Source of the DNA: Rotaria sp.
Taxonomy: Eukaryota
Direction of reading: 5' to 3'
Assembly: GCA_905250055.1 (NCBI GenBank)
Contig: CAJNOF010000004.1
Coordinates: 951,250-1,015,249, forward strand
DNA length: 64,000 nt
Shown: positions 61,527 through 64,000 of the stretch, piece after piece
How the letters are laid out: every line of letters begins with the position of its first letter
Position numbering within the stretch: the first letter of the stretch is position 1
The notes under the pieces: generated by a model
Databases searched by the model: none
Seen by the model: only the letters and a program-made list of their open reading frames with translations
What the model was told of the DNA's origin: nothing
Position numbers and translations under genes: made by a program

Positions 61527-64000
61527 AAAAGAAAAATAAACTTAGACTAATGGAATTAGGAATAAAGAGAAAAGATATCTAGCTTAGCTATGACGATTAA
61601 AGCTGGTGAAACAGAGCGACTTACACAAGAACAATAAATAGAATATTTATTGCCTCTTGTTCAAAAGGGATTTTTAGATAATCAAAAGAAAGATCAAACA
61701 GAGTGCATACAAATAGAATAATGACACTTTTCATTGTTTCTCAATTTTTTAACATAAACGATCTTTTACCAGGTGATTTTATCATTGAATAGATCACACC
61801 ATCACATACTTCATTTTCTTCATGCAATTAGTTTTCCTACTGTGCGTGAGTGAAGTGACAAATACACTTATTACTTCTGATTCTACTGGTACTCTAGAAA
61901 ATAAAGAGAAAATGAGGACGCACTATCGTGAATGCATGTCTATTCGAGTCAATTCGATTTTGACGCTCTTGCACTCACTCTTTGACTCATACCAATAGCA
62001 GTGCCTGTCACTGACATACTAAGTTATTGAGAATCATCATATGACAACGTCAAATTGATTTCTTCTATGAAACGTTCTTTTATCATACTTACTCAAGGAA
62101 AAAAAACAAATATGATTATACATGCTTACAGGTTATACCTTATAGCGACTAGTTCATAATTAAAGAAGTGTTGAACGATGAATAGCAAATCAAGGTTCTT
62201 TTTTTTTCTTTTCACTTTGATTCTTAAGCGTCAATATTAATAATAGATCAATAGCTCAAAGACTGTCAATAAAGAAAAAAATAATTACATAGTTGGTATT
62301 ATTTTTTTATTTGTTTGCAATTTCGATAAGACTTAAACTCGATCAATAGTAATAACAAAATAGAAATATCAAATACTCTTTATTGGCATGTGCAAGACAT
62401 TTGTGATGGTGATCAAGCACGTCAAAGAAACTAATGTGAACAAGATGAGCATAAACATTATACAGGAAAAAAAAGAGAAAATGTAATATAGGATGATCAA
62501 TGGTCAAGTATTATTCTAGTCTAAACCGATAAGAGACATGCCATATTGTACAGTGTATGATCTCTTGAGAAGTTATATTGTCTTGTTTTTGTTACGGATG
62601 ATATAAACAACAGATTGAATTTAATTAGATTGAGACGTTCCTGTATCGTAGAGAAATATCTCATAAGAAAAGAAATATCATATATAGAAATGAGTGTGTG
62701 TTTTTTTTCTATAGAAATACATCAGTTTTGTAGAATGTATTAAAGCGATGATTTCTGCATGACAAGAAGTGAACTATTATTGATGGTGAAGCTTCAATTG
62801 AATGATATAGTCACTCATTACAGCGATGTCTAAAATGACCTTTTTAATCATTCAGACAAATATTTTCCTCTTAATTTAAAATGCTCTAAAGTTGTCTGGT
62901 GACATTTAATTGGTCATATATTTTAGTAGAAACAAAATGAAATTAATTTTCAACGGAAACTGATTTTTGTTGTGTCTTTAATAAGGTTATTCGAAAATGA
63001 TAAACAAGGAATCAAATAAGATATTGATTATGCATCGTTTGACATCATCGAATTGATTTGATCTCGTTTCATCGATACTTTTTATTCAGTAGTATTTTAT
63101 GAGAAAAAAAAGTTCATCTTTGTATGAAAGAAAGTTATTGTGATGATTCAATAGTTCATAAGAGAATAACAACAAAATGTTAATGTACGTTTTTATCAAT
63201 TTTTTTTGATCATCAAATTTACTATAAATGAAAATAAATATGAATGTGCCTTCTCATGAGGTCTTCTTTTCACTCACATCCCTAAGTAACTGTTGAGTAG
63301 CTTTAAATATTGTTCTATATTCTCGTTAAAATGTTACAACTACCAGTGGCTTGCAATGAAATGCTTACTGATTACCAACTGGTTTGCATTAACTATATCA
63401 AACAACAGCTTCAAAAGAACAACAAATTCGCGACAAAAATATAACCCTCAAGACAGTCTACTGATATGTCTGTTTAGCATTTCTATATCGAAAACTCAAC
63501 CGAGTAATAAGGATAGAAAATGTTAACATTATCTTCAAAATTTCAATGATTATCATCGATTTACATCAGAAGCTCGCTCAATTGTTTGAATATGTGATCT
63601 ATACGAAGGCATTGTAAATAGTATGTCGAGGTTAACATCTGATACTTTCAAAAACGGAGAAGATATGCAGTTATATCAGTGATCTCATTTCAATCAACAG
63701 TTTCGTGTAAACTACTAGTAATAAAGAGATAGCGTATAACTTTCTTTTAACGTTCAACGAAGAGCAAACAATGGAAACTCTAGCAATTTTATTTAAATTG
63801 ATGCTTGGTATTGAAACTGTTCAAGAAATGAACATACTATTTTTAGACATATGCAATCTAAGTTCATATGAATATGAAGAGAGAATTTTGTTAAATATAT
63901 TTACAGAATGTTGGATTAAAAAAATCAATCAGCAGTCATATGCACGAGTTATGGTGATCATCTACGACCATAGGTTTTACTTTTCAATTATCTTCATTGT

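Overview
This is AT-rich (roughly 30% GC) eukaryotic nuclear DNA, almost certainly from a metazoan. Coding regions are split by short GT-AG introns of about 50-100 nt, stops are TAA/TAG/TGA, and poly-A and poly-T runs are frequent. A flatworm-like invertebrate is plausible but not proven. Nothing prokaryotic is present: no CRISPR array, rRNA gene or convincing tRNA gene. I could support about 20 protein-coding genes by reading the six-frame translations and splicing exons by hand. They are, in order: an intronless rhodopsin-like GPCR; a Disabled (Dab)-like PTB adaptor whose 3' half is six tandemly duplicated mini-exons; five same-strand genes in an operon-like run (FLVCR-like MFS transporter, PPIL3 cyclophilin, CRIPT, HINT, an RIIa/DPY-30-like protein) separated by only 85-146 bp; an intronless ORF fusing an NMNAT domain to a protein-kinase domain, starting about 25 bp from the divergent MFS gene; a DUSP23-like dual-specificity phosphatase with its catalytic Cys and Arg replaced; a decayed VWA-domain pseudogene; an F-box protein; a second tandem FLVCR-like paralogue; LSm1; an N-myristoylated protein of unknown function; a type II NADH dehydrogenase (NDH-2) carrying an EF-hand; a tandem pair of secreted histidine-phosphatase units, probably one gene, the second degenerate; and a protein with two Ig-like domains. 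The non-coding content includes two long-TIR MITE-like elements, one inside a Dab intron, and a roughly 3.2 kb composite repeat locus with two near-perfect 230-250 bp palindromes bounded by GC-rich GCCTGCC/GGCAGGC blocks and repeated GTAGGGCGA motifs. Bases 1-9000 and 49100-53500 are AT-rich and gene-poor. All coordinates are hand-derived, so splice boundaries are approximate, commonly within a few nucleotides.
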